Shown piece by piece: positions 9,395 through 19,396 of a DNA stretch of 64,000 nucleotides (position 1 is its first letter; every line of letters begins with the position of its first letter). The position numbers and the translations under genes were made by a program. Source of the stretch: Nitrospirota bacterium (GTDB taxonomy: Bacteria > Nitrospirota > UBA9217); contig CAVWHO010000013.1 of NCBI GenBank assembly GCA_963754875.1, forward strand, positions 32,001 through 96,000, written 5' to 3'. The notes beneath the pieces were generated by a model that made no database searches, had not been told where the DNA came from, and saw nothing but the letters and a program-made list of their open reading frames with translations.

Positions 9395-11116
9395 CTACCA
9401 GCTTTGCAAGCCGTGACATCCGGTAAGCCCGCCGGCGCTCGGGTTGCACGTCGTTCCCGTGAAGTTGACCGCGCTGTTGATTGTGGTCGAGGCCGTAGCT
9501 TCAGAGATCGGGGCGGTCAGCGAGGTGAAGTGCACCGCTGCAAGCATCGTCGTATCATGACAGACGGTACACGCGAGCCCTCTCATATCGCTATTATTGT
9601 GCTGGCCTGAGTAATAGCTGTTGTTCTCCGGAATGCCCGGGCCGGTACCCAGAACGTGGCATGCCGTACACTGAGTGTTGACGTTGATCGTGCCGGTCTG
9701 CCAGTCAGGCGTTGTCAGGCTGCCGTGGCAGCTCACATTGGAACAGGCCATCGTAGATGCGTTGTACGTTGCTGCTCCGGCTTTCGCATTGAACGTCGGG
9801 TCGAGGATCACGTCTACGACTCCGTTCTGGTGAAGCGTGGTGCCGGAGCCGGCCCCTAAATGGCAGGTTGAGCACGCTACCGTGTTGAGGCTCATATGAG
9901 GTGCATGGTTGCCGGCAACGTTCGGGAACACGGTGCCCGACGGCGGAATCCCGTGACAGGTCCCGCAGGTCGGTGTCGCGTGGCAGAGCGTGCTGTTGAA
10001 GCAGCCGGGAGCGGTCCCTGCTGCAGCCGGCGGCGACGGCGGTGCAATCGGCGAGTTCGCGCCGTTCGTATGGCAAAGCGCGCAGACCGAGGCATTGCCG
10101 GTGTCAGTGGTGGTGTGGGTATAGGAACCCGTTATCCATGAAGTTGGGTGCGGCCCGCTTCCCCCGTGACAGGTGAAGCAAGACGTCTGTGCGGCACCAC
10201 CTGAAAAATCAGAGCCGTGGCAGGTTTCGCACAGTGCGAATCCGCCTGTCGACGTGGGTGCCGATTTTGCGGCAACGCCATGCTGCGTCGGATCGGACCA
10301 TCCTGCCGGGTGCCCAACTTGTGCATGACAGAGGGTGCTGTTGAAGCAGCCCGGAGCGGTCCCTGCTGCAGCCGGCGGCGACGGCGGCGCAATCGGCGAA
10401 TTGGCGCCGTTCGTATGGCAAAGCGCGCAGACCGAGGCATTGCCGGTGTCAGTGGTGGTGTGGGTATAGGGACCCGTTATCCATGAAGTTGGGTGCGGCC
10501 CGCTCCCCCCGTGGCAGGTGAAGCAAGACGTTTGTGCGGCACCACCTGAGAAATCAGAGCCGTGGCAGGTTTGGCATAGCGCGAATCCGCCTGTCGATGT
10601 CGGTGCTGCTTTGGCAGAAACGCCATGCTGCGACGGATCGGACCATCCTGCCGGGTGCCCAACTTGTGCATGACAGAGGGTGCTGTTGAAGCAGCCCGGA
10701 GCGGTCCCTGCTGCAGCCGGCAGCGACGGCGGCGCAATCGGCGAATTGGCGCCGTTCGTATGACAAAGCGCGCAGACCGAGGCATTGCCGGTGTCAGTGG
10801 TGGTGTGGGTATAGGAACCTGTTATCCATGAAGTTGGGTGCGGTGCACTCCCACCATGGCAGGACTTGCATGCTACAGCCGAGATGCCACCGGAAAAATC
10901 ATCAGCGTGGCACTCCTGGCAAACTGCAAAGCCATTGGCTTGCGTTTTCGCCGCTGCACCGTGGACAGCCGGCGAGGACCAACCCGCTGTATGCTGACCG
11001 GTATCAGGATTAAATGACGATAACGCTTGTTTATTTGATGAACTACATCCAATGAAGAGTGCGACTGCGCAAAACAGACCCAATACCAGGACCACCCGTT
11101 CCATTTTCTTTCTCAT
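9395..11116 (-). CDS. Multiheme c-type cytochrome lipoprotein: 13 CxxCH plus 5 atypical CxnCH motifs
   Basis: Lipobox FIGC; 13 CxxCH, 3x CFNSTLCH, CSNVSCH and CNPSAGGLTGCH. Start taken at MRKKMERV. Confidence 0.9.
   Translation of the reverse strand: MRKKMERVVLVLGLFCAVALFIGCSSSNKQALSSFNPDTGQHTAGWSSPAVHGAAAKTQANGFAVCQECHADDFSGGISAVACKSCHGGSAPHPTSWITGSYTHTTTDTGNASVCALCHTNGANSPIAPPSLPAAAGTAPGCFNSTLCHAQVGHPAGWSDPSQHGVSAKAAPTSTGGFALCQTCHGSDFSGGAAQTSCFTCHGGSGPHPTSWITGPYTHTTTDTGNASVCALCHTNGANSPIAPPSPPAAAGTAPGCFNSTLCHAQVGHPAGWSDPTQHGVAAKSAPTSTGGFALCETCHGSDFSGGAAQTSCFTCHGGSGPHPTSWITGSYTHTTTDTGNASVCALCHTNGANSPIAPPSPPAAAGTAPGCFNSTLCHATPTCGTCHGIPPSGTVFPNVAGNHAPHMSLNTVACSTCHLGAGSGTTLHQNGVVDVILDPTFNAKAGAATYNASTMACSNVSCHGSLTTPDWQTGTINVNTQCTACHVLGTGPGIPENNSYYSGQHNNSDMRGLACTVCHDTTMLAAVHFTSLTAPISEATASTTINSAVNFTGTTCNPSAGGLTGCHGLQSW
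9979..10995 (-). repeat. About 3 tandem intragenic repeats of 345 bp (115 aa; one 4-heme module each)
   Basis: Near-identical blocks offset by 345 bp (for example 10132 vs 10477). Confidence 0.9.
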
Positions 11117-11534
11117 TGAGCACTTCCCCCGTGTTGTTAAAGTAGTACTAAAGTAAAGACAATATTTGTCCCGATTTCCCGTCATGCTAACGCGGCATAA
11201 TCGCGCCTGTCAACGTCTAATTATAATTTTATTGTGCATGCAGTATGCAATCATGTTTTTCAACATGCAGAGTAATAATTTGACGAGAGAGACGGTGCCC
11301 TCAGCTTTGCAGCCATAAAAAGACGGAGCTCGTTATGTTTCACAGCTGTCAGCTCACAACGTAATGTTGATTTTAACAAGCGTTCCTCAGCCGTCACTCC
11401 ATGCAGATAGCATGATTGCATTGCTTTTCCTGTCATGAAACGTATTCACACAGTCGTCGCACGATCTGCCTCTCAACGACTGAATGTCAGCACTCGTTGT
11501 ACGGCGACTGTCCTTTTAACTTGTCTCAGCCACT

Positions 11535-12014
11535 TCACGGGTTTTGTGTGGTGGTCCCGGCAGTTCCTACTGCTGCGTGGCAAAGAGTATTGTTGTAGCA
11601 GCCGGGGCCGGCGCTTAAAACCGAGACGGACGGCGAGGGTTGAAGGGGAGAATTCGAGCCGTCTGCATGGCATTCCGCACAGACCGCGGCATTGTTCGTA
11701 TCAGTGTCCCCATGGTTCCAAGGCGCGCGGGGATGCGGCGCGTTAACACCATGGCAATTATAAAAGCAGGATACCGCGGAGGTTCCGCCAGCGAAATCAA
11801 CACCATGGCACTCCTGGCAGGAAGCAAAACCGCCTGCTTGAGATTTTGCGACTGCACCGTGCGCGCTCGGATCGGAAAAGCCTGCAACATGATTGCCTGT
11901 GTCAGGATTTAATGTTGATACTGCCATGGGGTTCGGCGAGCTGCATCCGGAAAAGATGATCAAGGCACCGAGCAATCCGATTAACCAAAAAGACGCTTCT
12001 ATTTTTCTAGCCAT
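11535..12014 (-). CDS. Small cytochrome c lipoprotein containing one copy of the same heme module
   Basis: Lipobox FSGC; CQECH, CFYNCH, CAECH and CYNNTLCH. Similar to the N-terminus of 9395-11116. Confidence 0.85.
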   Translation of the reverse strand: MARKIEASFWLIGLLGALIIFSGCSSPNPMAVSTLNPDTGNHVAGFSDPSAHGAVAKSQAGGFASCQECHGVDFAGGTSAVSCFYNCHGVNAPHPRAPWNHGDTDTNNAAVCAECHADGSNSPLQPSPSVSVLSAGPGCYNNTLCHAAVGTAGTTTQNP

Positions 12015-12060
12015 GAATTTTTCCCCCTCAGTCGCAGAATATTGGCGTTTACCCCGTTAT

Positions 12061-12077
12061 AGCAAGTGATATGCCAA
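12061..12077 (-). promoter_or_regulatory. Sigma-54 (-24/-12) promoter
   Basis: Minus strand TTGGCAT-ATCAC-TTGCT, about 47 nt upstream of the cytochrome start. Confidence 0.75.
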
Positions 12078-12512
12078 ATAATGCACCATTTTGTCGCCTT
12101 ATTGATTTATCTCATAATTTTGACGTATATCACCTTGGCGCAATTATAAAGCGATTTTCAATGTTGTATGGATTCTCATTCGTTTAAAAGTTTTTTTTTA
12201 TATTAAAAAAAATTATTAGGACATAAAACCAAATGGTTACTCCTCTGAAGGGATTTGCATACATACTGGGAATTGCAATTAAGTGTTTCGTCCAGCTGTC
12301 GAATAATTTTGAACGTGCTGCGATTTATCATTTTGAAAAGACGTCATATTGAATCCGCGACTTTGCAATCTCACGGCCCCCTGCCGGAGGCGGCTCCACT
12401 GAAGCCTTGGATACAACTGGAACCCAAAAATGTGTCTGTACAAGAGATTATGCAATCGGCGGAAATCGATGCCGCCGACGTAAACGCGGATATTCTGAAA
12501 CCGGATATTTTC

Positions 12513-12540
12513 TTGACATCATAAGGTTTTTTTGTATAAT
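12513..12540 (+). promoter_or_regulatory. Sigma-70 promoter of glyQ
   Basis: TTGACA-16 nt-TATAAT. Confidence 0.65.
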
Positions 12541-12589
12541 AGCAGTCTATTTTCCTATCATTCCCGGTTCCCCTAGGCAGGAGCAATCG

Positions 12590-13459
12590 TTGACATTCCA
12601 GGAACTTGTACTTACGCTTCAGACATTCTGGGCTTCGAAGGGCTGTGTCATTCACCAGCCTTACGACACCGAAGTCGGCGCGGGAACATTCCATCCGGCA
12701 ACGTTTCTGCGCGTCCTCGGCCCTGAACCATGGAAGGCCGCCTATGTGCAACCTTCCCGCAGGCCGACGGATGGACGCTACGGCGAGAACCCCAACCGCT
12801 TGCAGCACTACTATCAGTTTCAGGTGATCTTAAAACCCCATCCGGAAAATGTGCAGGAAATTTATCTCGAGAGCCTTGTAAAGCTGGGCATCAATCCCTT
12901 GAAACATGACATCCGTTTTGTTGAAGACGACTGGGAATCGCCCACACTCGGCGCTTGGGGGCTTGGCTGGGAGGTCTGGCTGAACGGGATGGAAGTCACC
13001 CAGTTCACGTACTTCCAGCAGGTAGGCGGCATCGACCTCAAACCCATTTCCGCCGAACTCACTTACGGTATTGAACGCCTTGCCATGTATCTTCAGGGCG
13101 TAAACAACGTCTATGACCTCGAATGGACCAAGGGCGTCAAGTACGGTGACATCCATTTCGATACCGAAGTGCAATTCTCGAAGTACAACTTTGAACTTTC
13201 CGACCGGGATATGCTGTTCAGGCAGTTCGAGTCCTACGAGCGGGAAAGCGAGAAACTCGTCAAGGCCGGCGTGGTGCTGCCTGCATACGATTACTGCCTC
13301 AAGTGTTCTCACACCTTTAACCTGCTGGATGCCGCCGGGGCGATCAGCGTGACCGAGCGGACAGGTTATATCGCGCGGGTAAGAAAACTCGCACGACTCT
13401 GTGCCCATGCCTATCTTGCCGACCGGGAGGCGAAGGGGTTCCCGATGCTGAAGAAATGA
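12590..13459 (+). CDS. glyQ: Glycine--tRNA ligase alpha subunit
   Basis: TTG start after aggag; motifs [24 protein letters not shown] and [18 protein letters not shown]. Confidence 0.97.
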   Translation: MTFQELVLTLQTFWASKGCVIHQPYDTEVGAGTFHPATFLRVLGPEPWKAAYVQPSRRPTDGRYGENPNRLQHYYQFQVILKPHPENVQEIYLESLVKLGINPLKHDIRFVEDDWESPTLGAWGLGWEVWLNGMEVTQFTYFQQVGGIDLKPISAELTYGIERLAMYLQGVNNVYDLEWTKGVKYGDIHFDTEVQFSKYNFELSDRDMLFRQFESYERESEKLVKAGVVLPAYDYCLKCSHTFNLLDAAGAISVTERTGYIARVRKLARLCAHAYLADREAKGFPMLKK

Positions 13460-13481
13460 AATGCCGGCCATAATCTTTGTC

Positions 13482-13765
13482 TCTCGCGGAGGCGGAGGAC
13501 GCAGAGTACGGCAAAGGATTTTATTCTTTAATGAGAATTGATGTATTCGTACACAGTTAAACAGCAGTCATTCCCGCTTGCTTGCGGCCAGTGATTATGA
13601 GCGCTCTGCGCGGAATACAGGCTGTCGGGAATCCTTCTTGTCAGAAGAATATAAGGCAATACGATTCCGGGCAAGCCGGAACGACACAGAAGGGCTAAAG
13701 CTTGGTTTTGAGATTCGAGGCTGTTTTTTTATTTTTTTCGCGAGCTCCGCGTCTCTGCGAGAACA
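13482..13765. repeat. Nested intergenic repeats: outer CGCGGAG..GCAGAG / CTCCGCG..CTCTGCG inverted pair around a GTCATTCC REP-like unit (13567-13685)
   Basis: Inverted ends are visible. The REP left hairpin carries an ~40-nt insertion relative to the 28173 copy. Confidence 0.6.
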
Positions 13766-13785
13766 AGGCCTTTTAGGAGTTTTAC

Positions 13786-15870
13786 TTGTCCAAAGAATTT
13801 TTCTTAGAGATCGGGACCGAAGAGATCCCCTCGCGTTTCATCAATCCGGCGCTTGACAAAATGAAAGAGCTCTTTTCGGGGCTGCTCGTGAACGGACGCG
13901 TTGCCATCGAGAACGGCGCCATTCAGGCCTATGGAACGCCGCGCCGGCTCATCCTGTACGTACCGCAGCTGGCAGAGCGGCAACAGGACATTTCGAAGGA
14001 AGTTGTCGGCCCTCCGAAGAAAATCGCTTTCGACGCAGAAGGAAAGCCAACCAGGGCCGCGTTGGTCTTTGCCGAGAAAAACGGTGTGCCGGTCGATGCG
14101 TTGGCCAGTAAAACGACGGACAAGGGCGAGTACGTCGTCGCCCGTCTGGACGAAAAAGGCGGCGATACCGCTGACTGGCTAAAACAAGTGATGCCGGGGT
14201 TCGTCCTCTCGATCCCGTTTCAGAAAACCATGCGTTGGATGGACAAGGACATCCGGTTTGCGCGCCCCATACATTGGATTGTCGCGCTCTGGGGCGGTTC
14301 CGTTGTTGAGTTTGAATTGAACGGCATCAAGAGCGGCAACCTCTCCCGGGGCCACCGGTTCATGAGCCCCGGAGCATTCATGGTAAAGGACTTCAAGTCC
14401 TATACCGCGCAGGCCGAGCCGAACTACCTTGTTATTGACCCTGAAGTCCGTAAACAGCGGATCATCAAACAGACCGAGGAACTCGCCAAATCAAAAAACG
14501 GGACCGTACTCGACGATCCCGGGTTGGTCGAAGAAGTGGCAAACCTTGTTGAATACCCGGTCGCGGTCATGGGGACCTTCAACAAAGACTATCTTCGCGT
14601 CCCCAAGGAAGTTTTGATTACGGCGATGCGCGAACATCAGCGCTACTTCAGCGTCGTGGGACAGAACGGCAATCTGCTGCCGTGCTTCATCACGATCAGC
14701 AACACCCGGGCCGAGGACTTGGATATCGTCCGGGCCGGAAACGAGCGCGTACTTGCCGCGCGACTGTCCGATGCGGCATATTTTTTCGACCACGACGTGA
14801 AACAGCCGCTGGGCGACCGCATCGAAGGACTGAAGAAGGTCACCTATCAGGAAAAGCTCGGAACGGTCTATGACAAGATCCTGCGAGTGAAGCACCTGGC
14901 AGCGTATCTGGCCGGCATTGCTCATGCCGATGCACCAATCGTTGCCCGTGCCGCTGAACTGTGCAAAGCCGATCTCATCACCGGTGTCGTAGGCGAATTC
15001 CCTAAACTGCAAGGCGTTATGGGCAGGCACTATGCGCTTAACTCCGGGGAGGATCCCCGCGTTGCCGACGCGATCCTCGAACACTACCTGCCTCGCTATG
15101 CAGGCGATAAGCTTCCCGATTCTGTTGAAGGCATGTGTGTCGGAATCGCCGACCGCATCGATACGATAACAGGGTGCTTTTCCGTCGGGCTCGTTCCGAG
15201 CGGTTCCGAGGACCCCTATGGCCTCAGGAGGCAATCGGTCGCCATCTTGAACATGCTGATGGAACGGGGCCTTCGCATGCCGCTCGCGGACTTGATCACC
15301 GAGTCATGCAAAGCATACGGTCTTAAGAAGCAGGAAAAAGAAAAAGTTGGGTCCGAGACGCTTGACTTCTTCCGTCAGCGGCTGGCGGGTATGCTGGCAG
15401 CCGAAGGGCTCCGGTCAGACGTCGTGGATGCCGCGCTCTCCGTGGGGTTCAACGATCCTCTTATTGCGCGGGAAAAGGTGCGCGCCCTCGACGGACTTCG
15501 AACGTCGGTGGACTATCAGCCGCTTGTAACGGCCCTCAAGCGCGCAGGCAATATTCTGCCGAAGGAGTTTACGGGCAAGGTCAAGAAAAACCTGCTGAGA
15601 CTGGATGCGGAGAAAGCCCTCTATGCTTCCTATGCGGAGATCAAGGACCGCGTCGTGGAGAAGGCGGCAAAGCTCGATTTCCGCGGCGCTCTGGCCGACA
15701 TAGCATCGCTCAGGAAAGACGTTGATGCATTCTTCGACACGGTCATGGTCATGGACAAGGATGCCGAAGTCAAGGCGAACCGCCTCGCTCTCCTTGCCGG
15801 CATCACGGGCCTGTTTTCTCAGATCGCGGATTTTTCGCGGCTTGTTTTAAGTACGGAAGAGTCAAAATAG
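13786..15870 (+). CDS. glyS: Glycine--tRNA ligase beta subunit
   Basis: Motifs LEIGTEEIP, TPRRL, GNERVLAARLSDA and GSEDPYGLRR. Confidence 0.97.
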   Translation: MSKEFFLEIGTEEIPSRFINPALDKMKELFSGLLVNGRVAIENGAIQAYGTPRRLILYVPQLAERQQDISKEVVGPPKKIAFDAEGKPTRAALVFAEKNGVPVDALASKTTDKGEYVVARLDEKGGDTADWLKQVMPGFVLSIPFQKTMRWMDKDIRFARPIHWIVALWGGSVVEFELNGIKSGNLSRGHRFMSPGAFMVKDFKSYTAQAEPNYLVIDPEVRKQRIIKQTEELAKSKNGTVLDDPGLVEEVANLVEYPVAVMGTFNKDYLRVPKEVLITAMREHQRYFSVVGQNGNLLPCFITISNTRAEDLDIVRAGNERVLAARLSDAAYFFDHDVKQPLGDRIEGLKKVTYQEKLGTVYDKILRVKHLAAYLAGIAHADAPIVARAAELCKADLITGVVGEFPKLQGVMGRHYALNSGEDPRVADAILEHYLPRYAGDKLPDSVEGMCVGIADRIDTITGCFSVGLVPSGSEDPYGLRRQSVAILNMLMERGLRMPLADLITESCKAYGLKKQEKEKVGSETLDFFRQRLAGMLAAEGLRSDVVDAALSVGFNDPLIAREKVRALDGLRTSVDYQPLVTALKRAGNILPKEFTGKVKKNLLRLDAEKALYASYAEIKDRVVEKAAKLDFRGALADIASLRKDVDAFFDTVMVMDKDAEVKANRLALLAGITGLFSQIADFSRLVLSTEESK

Positions 15871-15879
15871 CAGGAAAGA

Positions 15880-15960
15880 GAAGTCAGGAGCCAGGAGTCA
15901 GGAGAACGGCGAAGGGAAAACGCTCTTCTGAATTCTGACTTCTGGCTTCTGAATTCTGAA
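15880..15960. repeat. Inverted pair of short heptamer tandem arrays
   Basis: agtcagg-agccagg-agtcagg on the left and ttctgaa-ttctgac-ttctggc-ttctgaa on the right. Confidence 0.6.
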
Positions 15961-15986
15961 GAATCATTTCCAGGGAGGAAGGTCAC

Positions 15987-18671
15987 ATGACGACGGGGAA
16001 AAAATATACTTATTTTTTCGGCAGCGGCAAGGCGGATGGAACAGGGACGATGAAGGGCCTGCTCGGCGGCAAAGGCGCAGGTCTTGCTGAAATGACGAAT
16101 GCCGGCGTTCCGGTGCCGCCAGGATTCACCATTACCACAGAAGTATGCAACCTTTTTTATGAGCTGAGAAAACGCGTACCGGACGGTCTCGATGCCGAAA
16201 TGCGCGACCATATGAGCAAGATAGAAGGTGCGCTGAGCGGCAAGTTCAAATTCGGTGATGTCGAACGCCCGTTGCTCGTGTCCGTGCGGTCGGGTTCCAA
16301 GTTTTCCATGCCCGGCATGATGGATACGGTCCTGAATCTCGGGTTGAACGACCGAACGATCCACGGCCTCATCCGCATGTCCGGCAACGAGCGATTCGCG
16401 TGGGACGCCTATCGCCGGTTCATCCAGATGTTCGGCAACGTCGTGATGGGGATCGGGAAGGAAATATTCGAACACATTATCCATGAGGTAAAAAAGAAAA
16501 AGAAAGTCAACCTCGACATCGAACTGACCGCGGAAGACCTGAAGGCCCTCGTCGAGAAGTTCAAGGCCAAGGTGAAGCAAATCGAGAAGCGCGAATTTCC
16601 GCAGGACCCCTGGGAACAGCTCATCATGGCGCGCGATGCCGTCTTCGGCTCCTGGAACAACCCTCGCGCAATCACGTACCGCAAACTGAACGACATCCCC
16701 GGCAATCTCGGAACGGCCGTGAACGTGCAGGCCATGGTATTCGGGAACATGGGAGAAACTTCCGCAACGGGCGTCGGCTTCACCCGGAACCCCTCCACCG
16801 GCGCAAAGGAGTTTTACGGCGAGTATCTGACGAACGCGCAGGGCGAGGACGTTGTGGCGGGCATCCGCACGCCGCACCCGATCGCCGACCTTGAGAAGGA
16901 AATGCCGCACGTGTACAATCAACTCCGCGAGATTACGACCAGGCTCGAGAAGCACTACCGCGACGTTCAGGATTTCGAGTTCACTGTGCAGGAAGGCACG
17001 CTCTTCATGCTCCAGACCCGAACGGGTAAACGGACGGCCCAGGCCGCGGTCACGATTGCCGTGGACATGGTGGCGGAAAACCTTATCTCCAAGGAAGAAG
17101 CCGTCCTCCGCGTCGAGCCTGCTTCTCTTGATCAACTCCTCCATCCCATCATCGATCCCAAGGCGAAGATCGAAGTCATTGCCAAGGGCCTTCCGGCGTC
17201 GCCCGGAGCTGCTTCCGGCAAGGTCGTGTTCACTGCCGACGAAGCGGTGAAACAGGCGAAGAAGGGAAGTGTGATCCTTGTAAGGCCTGAGACGACGCCC
17301 GACGACATTCACGGCATGGACGCGGCAAAAGGCATCCTGACGGCACGCGGCGGTATGACCTCCCACGCGGCGGTAGTCGCCCGCGGCATGGGGAAGCCCT
17401 GCGTAGCGGGCTGCGAATCCATCAAAGTGGACCTCAAGGCTGAAAAATTTACAGTGGGCAAATATACCGTGAACTTGGGCGACAGCATCACGATCGACGG
17501 CGGCACGGGCCGTGTGATCATCGGCAAAGTGACGACCAAGGACCCCGAAGTAAGCGGCGATTTCGGCACGCTCATGAAGTGGGTTGACGAAATCCGCACC
17601 ATGGGCGTCCGTGCGAATGCGGACATCCCGCGCGATGCCAAGATGGCCCGCCAGTTCGGCGCGGAGGGCATCGGCCTTTGCCGAACGGAACACATGTTCT
17701 TCGCCGAGGAGCGTCTGCCGATCGTGCAGCAGATGATCCTTGCCGACAACACCGAGATGCGTGAGAAGGCGTTGGCCAAGCTGCTCCCGATGCAGCGCTC
17801 GGACTTTAAGGGCCTCTTCGAAAGCATGGCGGGTTTTCCCGTAACGATCCGTCTTCTCGATCCCCCGCTCCACGAGTTCCTGCCGAAGCGCGAAGATCTC
17901 ATGGTCGAGTTGGCGGTGATGCAGGTGAAGAAGGCGCCCAAGGCGTCGATTTCAAAAAAGGCAAAGCTTCTGCGCCGCGTCGAAGAGCTGCACGAACTGA
18001 ACCCGATGCTCGGCCACCGCGGGTGCAGGCTCGGCATCGTCTATCCCGAGATCACGCGGATGCAGACAAAGGCCATCATCGAGGCGGCCTGTGAACTCGC
18101 CAAGAAGGGCACGAAAGTCGTACCGGAGATCATGGTGCCGCTCGTCGGCATTAAAAAAGAGCTCCAGAACCAGAAGGACCTCATCAAGAAAACCGCCGAA
18201 GAGGTGATGCAGAAAAAGGGCGTCAAGATCGACTACCTGATCGGGACGATGATCGAGCTGCCACGTGCAGCCGTGATTGCCGACGAGATCGCGAAGGAAG
18301 CAGAATTCTTCTCCTTCGGCACGAATGACCTGACCCAGACCACCTTTGGGTTCAGCCGCGACGACGCAGGGAAGTTTATCAACTACTATACGGAGAACAA
18401 CATCCTCGATAAAGACCCGTTCCAGACGCTGGACCAGGAAGGCGTAGGCATGCTCGTGAAGATGGGTGTGGCAAAAGGCCGCGGCACGAGGCCCAACCTC
18501 AAGGTCGGCATCTGCGGCGAGCACGGCGGAGACCCCGCCAGCGTGGAATTCTGTTATCGCACGGGTCTGAACTATGTGAGCTGCTCACCCTACCGCGTAC
18601 CGATTGCGAGGCTTGCGGCGGCGCATGCAAAACTCAAGGAAAAAGGTGTTGGCGGTTCCGGGACCAAGTAA
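15987..18671 (+). CDS. ppdK: Pyruvate, phosphate dikinase
   Basis: Motifs LLGGKGA, SMPGMMDT, GGMTSHAAVVARG and FSFGTNDLTQ. Confidence 0.97.
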   Translation: MTTGKKYTYFFGSGKADGTGTMKGLLGGKGAGLAEMTNAGVPVPPGFTITTEVCNLFYELRKRVPDGLDAEMRDHMSKIEGALSGKFKFGDVERPLLVSVRSGSKFSMPGMMDTVLNLGLNDRTIHGLIRMSGNERFAWDAYRRFIQMFGNVVMGIGKEIFEHIIHEVKKKKKVNLDIELTAEDLKALVEKFKAKVKQIEKREFPQDPWEQLIMARDAVFGSWNNPRAITYRKLNDIPGNLGTAVNVQAMVFGNMGETSATGVGFTRNPSTGAKEFYGEYLTNAQGEDVVAGIRTPHPIADLEKEMPHVYNQLREITTRLEKHYRDVQDFEFTVQEGTLFMLQTRTGKRTAQAAVTIAVDMVAENLISKEEAVLRVEPASLDQLLHPIIDPKAKIEVIAKGLPASPGAASGKVVFTADEAVKQAKKGSVILVRPETTPDDIHGMDAAKGILTARGGMTSHAAVVARGMGKPCVAGCESIKVDLKAEKFTVGKYTVNLGDSITIDGGTGRVIIGKVTTKDPEVSGDFGTLMKWVDEIRTMGVRANADIPRDAKMARQFGAEGIGLCRTEHMFFAEERLPIVQQMILADNTEMREKALAKLLPMQRSDFKGLFESMAGFPVTIRLLDPPLHEFLPKREDLMVELAVMQVKKAPKASISKKAKLLRRVEELHELNPMLGHRGCRLGIVYPEITRMQTKAIIEAACELAKKGTKVVPEIMVPLVGIKKELQNQKDLIKKTAEEVMQKKGVKIDYLIGTMIELPRAAVIADEIAKEAEFFSFGTNDLTQTTFGFSRDDAGKFINYYTENNILDKDPFQTLDQEGVGMLVKMGVAKGRGTRPNLKVGICGEHGGDPASVEFCYRTGLNYVSCSPYRVPIARLAAAHAKLKEKGVGGSGTK

Positions 18672-18692
18672 TATCCGACTGGCAACTTTCAA

Positions 18693-18722
18693 GGGCGGCT
18701 CACAAGGCCGCCCGTTTTTTTT
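18693..18722 (+). terminator. Intrinsic terminator
   Basis: gggcggc-tcacaag-gccgccc followed by a T tract. Confidence 0.8.
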
Positions 18723-18859
18723 GAGCGCCAAAAGTACGAACAATGGTTTATCTTCCGTAAACCAATTCCTCTGACCAGGAGCACCGCTTCGCCGCCGGTG
18801 TTATACTGAAACTAGAGAATAAACTCTCTGCGGAGTTGAACGAGGGAGGTGACGTAAAA

Positions 18860-19183
18860 ATGAAACAATTCGCGTGCGCAGCCATGGGGAATAATTGCAA
18901 TGTCGTTCTGACTGCTCCGACGGAAGAACGGCTTGTGGAAATGGTGTCCCTGCATCTTCGCGAGGTACATGGGATGCCGGCGATTTCGCAGGATGTCGCT
19001 GGTAAAATCAAACAACTATTCGTGAACCGTACGGCACCGGATGCTGCCAATGTCGTTGACCGTATTTTCGAAAAATACAACTGCAACAGTGATCCGGAAT
19101 GTACCTGGCGGTACATCGCCGAAGCAGAGGCGATCCTCACAGGCGATAAATCAGCCCATACGAAGGAACTGAAGGCCGCCTGA
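18860..19183 (+). CDS. DUF1059-like small metal-binding protein with a C-terminal extension
   Basis: FACAAMGNNC...EERLVEMVSLHLREVHG; SD ggaggt. Confidence 0.7.
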   Translation: MKQFACAAMGNNCNVVLTAPTEERLVEMVSLHLREVHGMPAISQDVAGKIKQLFVNRTAPDAANVVDRIFEKYNCNSDPECTWRYIAEAEAILTGDKSAHTKELKAA

Positions 19184-19211
19184 CATACGCAGGTACGATG
19201 GTGGTGACAGT

Positions 19212-19242
19212 GAATGCCTCCGAAGCGGGAGGCATTCTTTTT
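19212..19242 (+). terminator. Intrinsic terminator
   Basis: gaatgcctcc-gaagcg-ggaggcattc followed by a T tract. Confidence 0.8.
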
Positions 19243-19278
19243 ATGAACGCTTTTTTCCCCCATAATCCGTTGCGTGCC

Positions 19279-19307
19279 TTGACAACTCCTCGCGGGAATC
19301 ATACAAT
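19279..19307 (+). promoter_or_regulatory. Sigma-70 promoter upstream of ribD
   Basis: TTGACA-17 nt-TACAAT. Confidence 0.6.
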
Positions 19308-19396
19308 GTATGTCCGTGCTTGCAGGGACACACGCCTGATTACTGCGGTGCTGGTGTAGTGCGCGCTGCAGGTTTTTTGAAAACCCCTTATCAATA

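Noticed and set aside
9979..10995. CRISPR array (also considered for 24131-24676 and the attC series)
   Set aside because: The repeats are in-frame coding units or gene-spaced attC sites. There is no repeat-spacer pattern and no cas gene.
12407..12589. N-terminal extension of GlyQ in the ORF track (similarly 57770-57940, 40724-40873 and 62011-62274)
   Set aside because: These extensions overlap promoters or repeats, and better SD-supported starts lie downstream.
19308..19396. FMN riboswitch upstream of ribD
   Set aside because: No RFN consensus is visible and the leader is too short.
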